This document shows positions 10,306 through 21,700 of a stretch of 64,000 nt of DNA, in pieces. Made by a program: the position numbers and the translations under genes. This stretch comes from Candidatus Pacearchaeota archaeon. Lineage in GTDB: Archaea; Nanobdellota; Nanobdellia; Pacearchaeales; GW2011-AR1. Position 1 is the stretch's first letter. Every line of letters begins with the position of its first letter. The stretch spans positions 11,530-75,529 of the forward strand of contig JAVYLW010000001.1 of assembly GCA_038740375.1 (NCBI GenBank), read 5' to 3'. The notes under the pieces were generated by a model that ran no database searches, was not told where the DNA came from, and saw only the letters and a list, made by a program, of their open reading frames with translations.

Positions 10306-11532
10306 ATGCAACTTAATTCAATGATTATTGAACTAATAATAGCGCTTATCGTCGGTATCGCCATCGGCACCCTAACCGGCCTTTTTCCAGGAATACATAT
10401 TAATTTAGTTTCAACTTTTGTTTTAACTTTTTCCTCAACATTATTAATTTTTATATCTCCAATATATTTAGTAGTATTTGTTATATCGTTAGCAATAACT
10501 CACACATTTATAGATTTCATTCCAACTATTTTCTTAGGAGCTCCAAATGAAGATACTGCATTATCAATTCTTCCAGGCCACAAACTTTTATTAAAAGGTT
10601 TAGGATATACTGCAATATTATTAACTATCTACGGAGGATTAATATCAATACCAATTCTATTAATATTAATTCCTCTTTTTTTAAATTTTTTACCAATAAT
10701 TTATCCAAATGCAGTTAGAATAATGCCAATAATATTAATTTTAATTTCAGGTTTTTTAATTTATAGTGAAGGTAAAAACAAAAGATTTTTAGCATTAATA
10801 ATTTTTTTACTTTCAGGATTTTTAGGCTTAGCAACTTTAAATTTACCAATAAAAGAGCCCTTACTTCCATTATTTTCAGGATTATTTGGAGCAAGTGGTT
10901 TAATACTTTCAATTAGAAATAAAACAATTATTCCAGATCAAAAAATACTAAATCTAAAACAAATAAAATTACCTAAAATATCATATTTAAAATCGTTTTT
11001 TACAATAACAATAGCAAGTCCAATAATAGCTTTCATTCCAGGAACAGGTTCAAATCAAGCAGCTATAATTAGTAGTAAAGTTATAGGAAAATTAGATGAA
11101 AAAGAATTTTTATTTGTTATTGGAGGTATAAATACCCTTATGATGTGTCTATCTTTTATTACATTATATTCTATAAATAAAACAAGGACTGGAGCAGCAG
11201 TAGCAGTATCAAAATTGATTCCAAAATTAAGTTCAGAAAATTTATCAATTATAATTATAATTTTAATTATTTCTTCAATAATTGCTGCAACTTTAACATT
11301 AAAATTAGCGAAGTTTTTTTCAAAAAAAATTAATAAAATAAATTATAAAAAAATTTCAATAATTATTTTAATAATATTAGCTATTTTATCAATAAAATTT
11401 TCAGGATTAATAGGGTTATTAGTATTTATAACCTCAACAGCATTAGGAATATTTTGTATTCAAACAAAAATTAAAAGAACTGAATTAATGGGTTGTTTGT
11501 TGATTCCAACTATTTTGATTTATCTCGTATAA
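10306..11532 (+). CDS. Tripartite tricarboxylate transporter TctA-family (DUF112) membrane protein; start may be 10321
   Basis: GTLTGLFPGIHINL, FIDFIPTIFLGAP and ILPGH motifs; highly hydrophobic. Confidence 0.85.
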   Translation: MQLNSMIIELIIALIVGIAIGTLTGLFPGIHINLVSTFVLTFSSTLLIFISPIYLVVFVISLAITHTFIDFIPTIFLGAPNEDTALSILPGHKLLLKGLGYTAILLTIYGGLISIPILLILIPLFLNFLPIIYPNAVRIMPIILILISGFLIYSEGKNKRFLALIIFLLSGFLGLATLNLPIKEPLLPLFSGLFGASGLILSIRNKTIIPDQKILNLKQIKLPKISYLKSFFTITIASPIIAFIPGTGSNQAAIISSKVIGKLDEKEFLFVIGGINTLMMCLSFITLYSINKTRTGAAVAVSKLIPKLSSENLSIIIIILIISSIIAATLTLKLAKFFSKKINKINYKKISIIILIILAILSIKFSGLIGLLVFITSTALGIFCIQTKIKRTELMGCLLIPTILIYLV

Positions 11533-12923
11533 TCTTTATTCAAAAAAATTTCATTAACAGGAAAATTTCCATTAACACAACCAGCACATATATCTTCTAG
11601 ACTAAGTGCCTTCCTCATATCTTGTTCAGATGGATAGCAAACAAAAGTTGCACCTATTTTTTTAGCAACTTCATTACCTATTTTATCTAAATCTCCATCT
11701 AAACCATGAGCAATAAAACTAGTTCCTTTAATATCTTTAATACAGGAATAAACTAAAGGAGGGCAAGAAATAATAGGATATATTTCAACAGCTCCAGCTT
11801 TTCTAAGTTTATATATCATCCCATCTCTAAAAACAGTTCCTCTAACAATACTATCATCTCCTATTGCAACTTTTTTCCCGTTTATGATATGTGTGTTCAA
11901 AAAAAACTTAAGCATAGCTGCAAGTCGCCTCTCAGATTCATCTTCAACTTGAAAAGTTCTTTTTGCTCCAGGATTTTTAATAGCTACTTCCTCGTAAGGA
12001 ACATATTTTCCAGTTAGATTAAATAATTCTTGTTGAAATCCAAGAGCAACACCTCTTCCAGAATCTGGAGAAGCCATAACTAAATCAACATCTTTAATTT
12101 TTTCAACATATTTTCTAGCTAAAATCCTTCCAAGCTCTTTTCTGACCTCATAAACACTTTTTCCTTCTATAACTGAAGTAGGATCTGCAAAATATATATA
12201 TTCAAAAAAACAATGAGAATGTTCTTCATCAAATAATTTTTTTGTCTCAATACCTTTTTTTGAAACAACAACAGCTTCTCCAGGTTCTATATCTCTAAAA
12301 AAATCAGATTCAACAGCTTCTGCAGCTTTATTTTCAGACATAATCATATACTTATACTTTTTTTTAGCTAAACCCAAAGGTTTTATTCCTCTTGGATCTC
12401 TAAAACCTACGAGAGCTACATTATCATGTCTGTCTCTAACTAATGCTGCAACACAATAAGAACCTCTTCCCCTAAAATCCATCATAATCCTTTCTACTGC
12501 AGAAAAAATATTTTTAGTATTATCTAAATGCGTCGAAAACTTTAATCTCATAACAGAGTCATTCTTTCCCATATATCCAAGCAAAACCCCGTCCATAGCA
12601 AGAGATATCACATGATTTTCTCCTCCAATCTCAATAGGTTGTAAACCTCCACTATCTTCATAAAGTGTATGACTTATAGCTGCAATAGGTTTCATCTCTC
12701 TTAAAACATCTAATCCCGTAAATCTTTTATTTCCAATATCTTCTTTAAAAAAATAATAAGCAAGTTTATTAGCTCTCCTTGTAAAGAATTCAGATTTATC
12801 TTTAAGTTTTAAACTAATACCGCAACCTTCCTCACCTCTATGTTGTAGAGCAACAGTTCCAATTAAAATTTCATCAGCAACGCTTAGTTCTTCAATAGAA
12901 TAAACCCCAAATACTCCACTCAC
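11520..12923 (-). CDS. purF: Amidophosphoribosyltransferase-like protein (Cys1 replaced by Ser)
   Basis: GTG start with AGGTGA RBS; LQHRGEE, RDPRGIKPL, CFFEYIYFA, PDSG and DDSIVRGT PRPP-binding motifs; C-terminal Cys ligands. Confidence 0.9.
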   Translation of the reverse strand: MSGVFGVYSIEELSVADEILIGTVALQHRGEEGCGISLKLKDKSEFFTRRANKLAYYFFKEDIGNKRFTGLDVLREMKPIAAISHTLYEDSGGLQPIEIGGENHVISLAMDGVLLGYMGKNDSVMRLKFSTHLDNTKNIFSAVERIMMDFRGRGSYCVAALVRDRHDNVALVGFRDPRGIKPLGLAKKKYKYMIMSENKAAEAVESDFFRDIEPGEAVVVSKKGIETKKLFDEEHSHCFFEYIYFADPTSVIEGKSVYEVRKELGRILARKYVEKIKDVDLVMASPDSGRGVALGFQQELFNLTGKYVPYEEVAIKNPGAKRTFQVEDESERRLAAMLKFFLNTHIINGKKVAIGDDSIVRGTVFRDGMIYKLRKAGAVEIYPIISCPPLVYSCIKDIKGTSFIAHGLDGDLDKIGNEVAKKIGATFVCYPSEQDMRKALSLEDICAGCVNGNFPVNEIFLNKDYTR

Positions 12924-13102
12924 TTTTTTTCACCTAATGAAAATAAAATTTTTTTATCTTTTAATTCTTTTTCTATATTAAAAATATATTTTCATAGATA
13001 AAATAATTTATAAAGAATATAATTTTTTAAATTAATTAATTTAAGATTTCTAAATACACAAAAAATTTATAAAATAAAAAATCTTAAATTAAATATAAAA
13101 AT

Positions 13103-13369
13103 ATGAATAACAAAATATTAGAAGTTTTATCTGCAATAGTTTCTTTAATAGGTTTACTTGGAGGTTTAATGATTTGGTTTTTTGCTCCAAGACTAACTGG
13201 AAATGTAACAGGAAACACCAAAGCAATATCTTCAGGAGCATTGTTAATTATAATAGGATTAATAGGTTCTTTTTTCTGGACTTTCTATAAGGGAAAGAAA
13301 ATTAAAAAATCTAAAAACATAACAAATACAACAAAAAATAAGAATAAAAAAAGAAAAAGGAAGAAATAA
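13103..13369 (+). CDS. Small two-TM membrane protein
   Basis: 88 aa, two hydrophobic helices, LTGNV motif, basic tail. Confidence 0.7.
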   Translation: MNNKILEVLSAIVSLIGLLGGLMIWFFAPRLTGNVTGNTKAISSGALLIIIGLIGSFFWTFYKGKKIKKSKNITNTTKNKNKKRKRKK

Positions 13370-13729
13370 AGATATTTTAAATTTTATATCTTAAATTAAG
13401 TTCTATATATTTCTACATTTTGTTTGGATATAATAAAAAACTAAAAAAACATTCCTTAGACTAAACGAAAAATCTTGCAGATATAGTTTTATATTTAATA
13501 AATAAAAACTTTTCAATATTTTAATAAAAAATAATAAAATATTTATAGTTTGATAGTTTAACTATAAAAAATAATTTTGATTTATATTCAAAACATAAAA
13601 TATTCATTTATAAAAATTTATGAAATATTTTCAAAAATTTTATAACAAAGCTAAATAAAATAAAAATATTTTTTATAATAAAAAAATGTAAAAATTAAAT
13701 AAATACATTTTTAATTTAATTAAATTCAA

Positions 13730-14158
13730 CTACTCTTTTTTTGCATTATTTAATCTAGGCATTTGAAAATGTGTTGGAAGATTTAACTCATCTTCTAAAG
13801 ATAATGCTTTAACATTACATTTTTGCATAATAAAATTAAATATAGGTATCCTGTAATCTTCTGAAATTTTTTTGTCTTTCCAATCTTTTAAAATAATTTT
13901 TATTTCATCTTTTTCAGGAAGAATAATTAGTATTCCATCAAATTCTATATTAGCAAAATCTTTAGAATAATTTATTTTAAAACTAAAAAAAACTTTTAGA
14001 GCCTTATCTTTTGAAAAAGGAATTTCTTCTTCTTTTATTTCCTTTATATCAATATTTTGAGAAACTTCTAAATTACCTTCTATATTTTCTACTCTTTCTC
14101 CTAAAATTTTTGATAGATTAAAACCTATTATTCTCATATTTAAAATTTTGTTCAACAA
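13730..14158 (-). CDS. Conserved-type archaeal hypothetical protein (ATG start probably 14137)
   Basis: 142-aa ORF, alpha/beta pattern, co-oriented with the PRC-barrel gene. Confidence 0.7.
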   Translation of the reverse strand: MLNKILNMRIIGFNLSKILGERVENIEGNLEVSQNIDIKEIKEEEIPFSKDKALKVFFSFKINYSKDFANIEFDGILIILPEKDEIKIILKDWKDKKISEDYRIPIFNFIMQKCNVKALSLEDELNLPTHFQMPRLNNAKKE

Positions 14159-14165
14159 TATTTAA

Positions 14166-14426
14166 CTATATCAAATCCTCTTCAGAAACAACAACAAAAT
14201 CACCAATTGCTATTATAGAGTTATATGGAATTAAAATATCTCCTTGTTGTGATCTTTCTAAATGTAATTGACTTGCATAATTTGTTTGATCTTTTATCAT
14301 AAGATGAATTAATTCACCAGTCCTCGTTTCAAATAAAATATCTTTAATTGTTCCAAGTTTCCTTCCTTCTTTTGTAACAACTGGTTTTCCTAAAATTTCT
14401 TTATGTGGTTTTTTCTCAATTGCCAT
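14166..14426 (-). CDS. PRC-barrel domain protein (CdpB-like)
   Basis: ILGKPVVTKEGRKLGTIKDI and IPYNSIIAIGDFVVV signatures. Confidence 0.85.
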   Translation of the reverse strand: MAIEKKPHKEILGKPVVTKEGRKLGTIKDILFETRTGELIHLMIKDQTNYASQLHLERSQQGDILIPYNSIIAIGDFVVVSEEDLI

Positions 14427-14694
14427 ATATAGTTCATATTTAAAATTTATTTATAAAGTTTTCTATAAATTTTATATAATAATACAGTATAAAAATAAAA
14501 AAATAAAAATAAGAGTAGTTTTTATTTTAAAAAAAGAAATACCAATTCAAAAAAATAATCTTTAATTATAATATTAATAATTACTTAAAAAGTCTTATTT
14601 TATATTAGTTAATCAAAATTAAAAAAATTAAGTAAAAAATTAAACAAAATAATAGTTTTAAAATTGTACGAACAATTCAATAGATAAATAACCT

Positions 14695-15206
14695 CCCCCC
14701 TATTATTTCCTATGGAAAAAAATATATAAAAATTATAAGATTCTAATCAATTTTTTAATTTTTATTTATAAATATTTATATATTTTAAAATATATATTAA
14801 ATATATATTAAAATATAATATTTAAATCAAACAAATATCATATATAATTAACCATTACAATATTATAACATTTTTTGTTTATCAGAGTGGACAACATCAT
14901 ATCTATGAATTAAATTTCTCATTAAATCTTATAAAATCTATTTTAATTTTTTATTTTATTAACAAATATTTTATTATTTTTTTAACTTAATTTTTTATAT
15001 TTAATTTTAAAATATTTATTTTTAAAATTAATAAAACTAATTTTTCGCTTGATTATTAGTTTTTTAATTTCATTTTTCCATAAGAAAAAATGGTGTGTGA
15101 TAATAATATATATTTTTATTCTAAAAAATTTAAATCAATACAAAATTCGAATATATTATTATTATTTATATTTTATATTTATATTTTTTACATAAGAAAT
15201 TTAGGT
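14695..15206. promoter_or_regulatory. Candidate replication origin/Cdc6 operator: inverted ORB-like boxes flanking an AT-rich DUE-like tract upstream of cdc6
   Basis: Minus strand 14695-14720 TTTTTCCATAGGAAATAATAGGGGGG; plus strand 15073-15099 TTTTTCCATAAGAAAAAATGGTGTGTG; weaker copy 15184-15206. Confidence 0.7.
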
Positions 15207-15295
15207 TATAATATTCTTTAAAATAATTATGTTTATAAATATTAATTTTTTAAATAATACATCAATAAAAATTTAAATAAATTGGTGATAATTAA

Positions 15296-16492
15296 ATGGC
15301 TAATTTAGATAAGATTTTTGACTCTGTTGAAGATAGAAGTTTATTTAGAAATAAATATGTATTACAATCAAATTATAATCCCGAAGATATTCTTCATAGA
15401 GATAAAGAAATAGAACACATAGCTTCTATACTTGCACCTAGTTTACTTGGTCAAAAAACGAGTAATCTATTTATTTATGGAAAAACAGGTACTGGAAAAA
15501 CTCTTTCTGTTCAGCATGTTGCAAGTGAGATGATGAAAAGAGGAAAAGGAGGATTACTTAGAATAGAATATATAAATTGTAAATTGAAAAAAGTAGCTGA
15601 TACTGAATATAGAATATTTGCTGAATTAATAAAAAAATTAGGTGGTGATGTTCCTGCTACAGGTTTACCTACTGATCAAGTTTATAAGAAATTTTTAGAA
15701 TTATTAGAAAAAAATAATGAAAAAATATTCATCATAATATTAGATGAGATAGATCAGGCAGTTAAAAAAATATCTGATGATTTTTTATATAACCTTTTAA
15801 GATTAAATTCAGAGCTTGACAAAACACAAATAACTATAGTAGGTATATCTAATGACGCTAAATTTTTAGAAATGATAGATCCAAGGGTAAAAAGTTCTTT
15901 ATCTGAAGAAGAAATGGTTTTTCCTCCTTATAATGCTTTACAATTACAAGATATTTTAAGAAAAAGAGCTGAAGAATCATTTAAGCCAGGAGTTGTTTCA
16001 GAAGGAGTTATAGCTAAATGTGCTGCATATGCTGCTAGAGTTCATGGTGATGCAAGACGTGCACTTGATTTACTTAGAGTTGCTGGAGAAATTGCTGAAA
16101 GATCTTCTAGTAGAAAAATTGAAATGAAACATATTGATGAAGCAAATGAAAAGATAGAAAGAGATAAATTGATAGATATAGTAGAAACTGCACCTAAACA
16201 ATTCCAATTAGTTCTTTTTACTATACTTGACCTCTCTGGTATAACAAAAAAAGGAATATTTACTGGAGATGTATTTAATTATTATGATAATCTTTGTAAA
16301 AGATTAAATTGTGAAACTCTTACTCAAAGAAGAGTTAGTGATATACTAGCAGATCTTGATATGCTTGGTTTAATAAATGCAAGAGTTATTTCTAAAGGTA
16401 GACAAGGAAGAATGAGGGAAATTAAACTTGCAATTCCAGATAATATAATTGAAAAAACAAGAGAAATTTTAATTAAAAGTTTAGATATTTAA
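15296..16492 (+). CDS. cdc6: Orc1/Cdc6 replication initiator
   Basis: Walker A GKTGTGKT, Walker B IILDEID, LDPRVKSSL-like motif, GDARRALDLLR, C-terminal wHTH. Confidence 0.97.
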   Translation: MANLDKIFDSVEDRSLFRNKYVLQSNYNPEDILHRDKEIEHIASILAPSLLGQKTSNLFIYGKTGTGKTLSVQHVASEMMKRGKGGLLRIEYINCKLKKVADTEYRIFAELIKKLGGDVPATGLPTDQVYKKFLELLEKNNEKIFIIILDEIDQAVKKISDDFLYNLLRLNSELDKTQITIVGISNDAKFLEMIDPRVKSSLSEEEMVFPPYNALQLQDILRKRAEESFKPGVVSEGVIAKCAAYAARVHGDARRALDLLRVAGEIAERSSSRKIEMKHIDEANEKIERDKLIDIVETAPKQFQLVLFTILDLSGITKKGIFTGDVFNYYDNLCKRLNCETLTQRRVSDILADLDMLGLINARVISKGRQGRMREIKLAIPDNIIEKTREILIKSLDI

Positions 16493-16515
16493 TTTTAATT
16501 TAAGGAGGTAATAAA

Positions 16516-18099
16516 TTGGAACAAAATATATTAAAATTATTTATTAAAAAAGGTTTTCTTTTAGATAAGGAAATGCTTGATTTTTTATCTGAATTAAAAG
16601 ATGAAGATGTTGCAAATGAAATAATAAATAAAATAGCTGTTGTTTCAAAACAAAAACTAATAACAAAAAATTTAGTGAATCAAAATTTTGATAAAATAAA
16701 ACCTTTTTTGTTTGAACTTGATTTAGAAAAAAAGAAATTAGTAGAAAAATTTTTTGTAAATGTTTCTATATCAGTAGAAGTAAAAAAAGAAGTTAGTTAT
16801 GAAATTAATAATAAAGAAGAAAAAAATATTGAAGATGAAATAAGACCTATCAAAGTAATTAATTCTCCAGTAAACTTAGCTCAAAAAATTGAAGTTAAAG
16901 ATTTTGTAAGATATTTTAGAAGTAGATATAATTTTATGAAAAATTTATTATCACAAAAAAAAGAACTTGAAAATCTTTCTTCAATTGATAAAATAAGTTT
17001 TAATAAAAAAATATTTTCTATAATAGGAATTGTTACAAATAAATTAGTAACTAAATCAAAAAATATTATTTTAGATGTTGAAGATCTAACAGGCAAGGCT
17101 AGATTACTAATAAATCAAACAAAAGAAGATGTTTATAATAAATCTAAAGAGATTGTTTTAGATGATGTTATTGGTTTTAAATGTTCAGGTTCTGGAGACT
17201 TTTTATACGTAAATGATATAATTTATCCAGATAGTTTTTTGAAAGAGAAACATAGAAGTGATAGGGAGGTTTATGCATTATTTATTTCTGATATTCATGT
17301 AGGAAGCGACATGTTTTTAGAAAAAAATTTTTCTAAATTTATTAATTGGTTAAGAGGTATAGATTGTGATGATAATCAAAGAGAATTGTTAAAAAAAATT
17401 AAATATCTTTTTATTATAGGAGACACTATAGATGGTGTAGGTATTTATCCTGGACAAGAAAAGTTTCTTCAAATAAAAGATATAAAAAAACAATATGAAA
17501 AATTAGCAGAATATTTAGATATGATTCCAAAATATATAACTATAATTATGTGTCCAGGACAACATGACGGTGTTAGAGTTGCTGAGCCACAACCACCTAT
17601 AGGTGAAGATTTTGGATATCCTTTACATAAAATTTCTAATTTACACCTTGTTAGTAACCCTTCTTTTATAGAAATTGAAGCAAAAGAAGGAAAAAGTGGA
17701 ATAAAAGTTTTAATGTATCATGGTGCAAGCATGCATCATATTATTGGAGAAATTGAAGAATTAAGATTAATAAATGGCCATCATTATCCTGCTAAAGTAG
17801 TTAAACATTTATTGTATAGACGTCATTTAGCTCCTATGCATGGAGATATGATTTACATTCCTAGTTCTGATGAAGATCATTTAATTATCAAAGAAGTTCC
17901 AGATATTATTGCTACTGGAGATCTTCATAAGACTGATGTGGATAATTATAATGGAACTTTGATAATTTGTAGTTCTTGTTGGCAATCTATCACTCCTTTT
18001 GAAGAAAAAGTAGGTAATTTGCCAGATCCTTGTAAAGTCCCTATTTTAAATTTAAAAACAGGAGCAATAAAAATATTAAATTTTAACGAAGATGAATAA
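16516..18099 (+). CDS. DNA polymerase D small (proofreading) subunit DP1
   Basis: OB fold plus calcineurin-like motifs SDIHVGS, GDTIDG, PGQHD, YHG, RRHLAP, GDLH. Confidence 0.95.
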   Translation: MEQNILKLFIKKGFLLDKEMLDFLSELKDEDVANEIINKIAVVSKQKLITKNLVNQNFDKIKPFLFELDLEKKKLVEKFFVNVSISVEVKKEVSYEINNKEEKNIEDEIRPIKVINSPVNLAQKIEVKDFVRYFRSRYNFMKNLLSQKKELENLSSIDKISFNKKIFSIIGIVTNKLVTKSKNIILDVEDLTGKARLLINQTKEDVYNKSKEIVLDDVIGFKCSGSGDFLYVNDIIYPDSFLKEKHRSDREVYALFISDIHVGSDMFLEKNFSKFINWLRGIDCDDNQRELLKKIKYLFIIGDTIDGVGIYPGQEKFLQIKDIKKQYEKLAEYLDMIPKYITIIMCPGQHDGVRVAEPQPPIGEDFGYPLHKISNLHLVSNPSFIEIEAKEGKSGIKVLMYHGASMHHIIGEIEELRLINGHHYPAKVVKHLLYRRHLAPMHGDMIYIPSSDEDHLIIKEVPDIIATGDLHKTDVDNYNGTLIICSSCWQSITPFEEKVGNLPDPCKVPILNLKTGAIKILNFNEDE

Positions 18100-18153
18100 A
18101 ATAGCAAATTCTTTTTAATTTAAAAATATTAAGTTTTTTAATTTATAAATAGA

Positions 18154-18639
18154 ATGAAAATAGTAAATTTGTGTATAAGTAATAAAAACAAAGATAAGTT
18201 TTTGTTCATAAAAAGAAATAAACATCCGTTTCAAGGATATTTTGGTATGCTTGGAGGTAAAATAGAAGATGGTGAAGATATTTATAATGCTGCAAGTAGA
18301 GAATTATTTGAAGAATCAGGTATCATTTCCGAGGGAGAATATCTTGGAAAATGTATAGAAAAGATAATTGAAAATAAGAATATTTTATTTGAGTCTGAAA
18401 TATATTTTTTCCATTTTATTATTAATGAGGATATAAATTTTTATTCAAGTTTTGAAGGGGATCTAAGATGGATTTCTATTAAAGAATTTTCAAATTATAG
18501 AATAATTCCAAGTGATCCTTTAATGATTGATAGTTTTTTAAATAAAAAAGCTACAGCTACTTTTAGCATAATTGAAAAAATTAATGAAAATTATTTTCAA
18601 AAAAAATTTAAAAAATTAGAAAAAATAACTAAAATTTAA
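18154..18639 (+). CDS. NUDIX hydrolase (MutT-like)
   Basis: GGKIEDGEDIYNAASRELFEESG Nudix box. Confidence 0.9.
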   Translation: MKIVNLCISNKNKDKFLFIKRNKHPFQGYFGMLGGKIEDGEDIYNAASRELFEESGIISEGEYLGKCIEKIIENKNILFESEIYFFHFIINEDINFYSSFEGDLRWISIKEFSNYRIIPSDPLMIDSFLNKKATATFSIIEKINENYFQKKFKKLEKITKI

Positions 18640-18771
18640 TAATGACAACCTACAAAATATAATAATTTTATAAATATTTATTAAAACTATAAAGTGATTA
18701 TAAAAATTTATTAATCAAAAATATAATTTCTTATTACTTTAAACTAAAATTTTGTAATAAAATTAGCTAAA

Positions 18772-21700
18772 ATGAATTTTCATTATACTACGGAAAATTA
18801 TTTTTTTAATCTTTCAAAAGAGATAGATAAAAATTACGAAATTGCTAAGCTTGCTCGTGCAAAAGGTCTTGATCCAAAATATGAAGTAGAAGTTCCACTT
18901 GCTTTAACTATGGCTGCAAAAGTAGTTAAATTAATTGCTACGATTTATCCACAATTAGATAATGAGGAGATTATTAATAGAATTCTTGAACTTGAAAAAA
19001 AATACGGACCTCTCGATAGTTCTGTTAGTTTTAAAATTGCAGAGGAAATTGCTCAAGGAAGATTTTGTAGTTTTGAAAACCAACTAGAGGCAATGGATGC
19101 TGGAATAAGAGTTGGTTTTGCTTATATTACTTTAGGTGTTGTAAGTTCTCCTATAGAAGGTTTTACAGGTCTGAAATTAGGTCGTACTCATGATGGTAAA
19201 AATTATATTAAAGCATTTTTTTCAGGCCCTATTCGAAGTGCTGGAACAACTGCTGCTTGTGTTGCTTTAATGCTTATAGATTATATAAGGCAGATTTTCG
19301 GTTATGCAAGATACGATCCTACTGAACAAGAAGCAAAAAGAACTGTAACAGAATTATATGATTATCACGAGAGAGTTACTAACTTACAATATCTTCCAAC
19401 AGAAGAGGAAGCTTATTTTGTTGCAAAAAATATGCCTTTTCAAATTGATGGAGATCCTACTGAAAAAAAAGAAGTTTCTAATTTTAAAGATTTACCTAGA
19501 ATTGAAACTAATTTTATTAGAGGAGGTTTTTGTCTAGTTATTGGAGAAGGAATATGTCAAAAAGCTAAAAAAGGATTAAGATTATTGAAAAACATTCAAA
19601 AAAACGGTTTTAAAATTAACGATTGGGATTGGTTAGAATCTTATGTTGAACTTCATGAGAAAAGAGATATGGGAAAAACCGATTCTAGTCCTACATATAT
19701 AAAAGATTTAGTTGCAGGAAGACCTGTATTTGGTTATCCTGGAAAAGGTTTTAGGTTTAGATATGGAAGAAGCAGGGTTAGCGGATTTTCTGCAGCTAGT
19801 ATTCATCCAGCAACAATGGGAATTACAAACGATTTTATCGCAACAGGAACTCAATTAAAAATAGAAAGACCTTCAAAGGGTTGTTGTATTACTCCTTGTG
19901 ATAAAATAGAAGGCCCTATTGTTAAATTAAAAAACGGAAGTGTTAAAAAACCTAAAACTTACGAAGAAGCTAAGAACTTATATAATGATATAACTGAAAT
20001 TATATATCTTGGAGATTTACTTTTTTCTCTTGGTGATGTTATTAATAGAAATGCTGTTTTAATTAAGCCAGGTTATGTTCCAGAGTGGTGGAATCTAGAA
20101 CTTGAGAAATGCGGTGGAAAAGTTGATGATTTTTATAATGTGAGTTTAGAAGATGCAGTTAATCTCTCTTTAAAATATAATATACCTTTACATCCAAATT
20201 TTATATATTATTGGAATGAAATTAACCTTGAGCAATTTTTAGGATTAGTTGATTTTTTAATGCATTCTCGAGTAATTGATGGAAAATTATTACTTCCTTA
20301 TAATAGTTCTGAAAAAGAAAGATTTAAAGTTGGAAAACGAGCTTTAGAACTAGTAGGAGTCTGTCACGATGTTACTATAGAAAATGTTGTTTTAAATAAA
20401 GATGAAACAAAAAGTTTTTTGATTAATTTAGGATATGATTCTAATTATGAAGGAGAAATCAATTTAAATATTGATTTTAAAGAACCAATATCTGAAGTTT
20501 TAGAAATTATTAACAAGTTATCAAAATTTAAGATTAAGGATAAATCAGGAGAATTTATTGGTGCAAGAATGGGAAGGCCTGAAAAAGCAAAAATTAGGAA
20601 ATTAACTGGAAGTCCTTGTGTTTTATTTCCTGTTGGAGAAGAGGGAGGGAGATTAAGAAGTGTTAACGAAGCAGAAAATATAGGTTTTGTAAACGGAGAA
20701 TTTCCTTTTAATTTTTGTAATAAATGTAAAAGAGAAACTATTTATAATGTTTGTGAAATTTGTGGAGAAAAGACAGAAGCTAAATATTATTGCAAAATTT
20801 GTGATAGAGAAATTAAAAATGGAAAAATTTGCCATTTACATAATATTGGTTCAAATTTCAAAAAGATGAAAATAGATTTAAAACATTATTTTGAAATTGC
20901 AAAAAATAAATTAGGGTTTCTTAAAATTGATGTTCCTACTTTGATTAAAGGTGTTAGAGGAACAAGTTCTGAGAATCATAATGTAGAAAATTTAGTAAAA
21001 GGAATATTAAGAGCAAAATATGGTCTTACAGTAAATAAGGATGGAACTATAAGATACGATACAACAGAACTTCCTTTAACACATTTTAAACCTATAGAAA
21101 TTAATGTATCAATTGAGAAATTGAGAGAACTAGGTTATACTAAGGATATTTACGGAAAAGATTTGACATCTGATTTTCAAATATTAGAATTAAAACCACA
21201 CGATGTTATTTTACCTTGTAATAATGAATGTGGCGATGAAAAGGCAGACGATGTATTTTTTAACGCAACAAAATTTATTGATGAATTATTAGAAAAATTT
21301 TATGGTCTACCTAAGTTTTATAATTTAAAGAAAAAAGAAGATTTAATAGGTCATTTAGGAGTTTGTATGGCTCCCCATAATTGTGCAGGAGTAATTTGTA
21401 GATTTTTAGGTTTTTCTAAAGTACAAGGCCTTTTAGCAAGTCCTTATATGCATGCTGCAATGAGAAGAGATTGTGATGGAGACGAGGCTGCTTTGATGCT
21501 TTTACTCGATGTTCTTATTAATTTTTCAAGAGCTTTTTTACCATCTCATAGAGGAGGAACTCAAGATGCTCCTTTGGTGTTAAATGGAAGAATTAATGCA
21601 AAAGAAGTCGATGATCAAATTCTTGATTTTGAATTAGTTTATAATTATCCTTTAGAGTTATACGAGAAAGCAGAAAAAAAAGTTCATTCAGGAGAAATAA

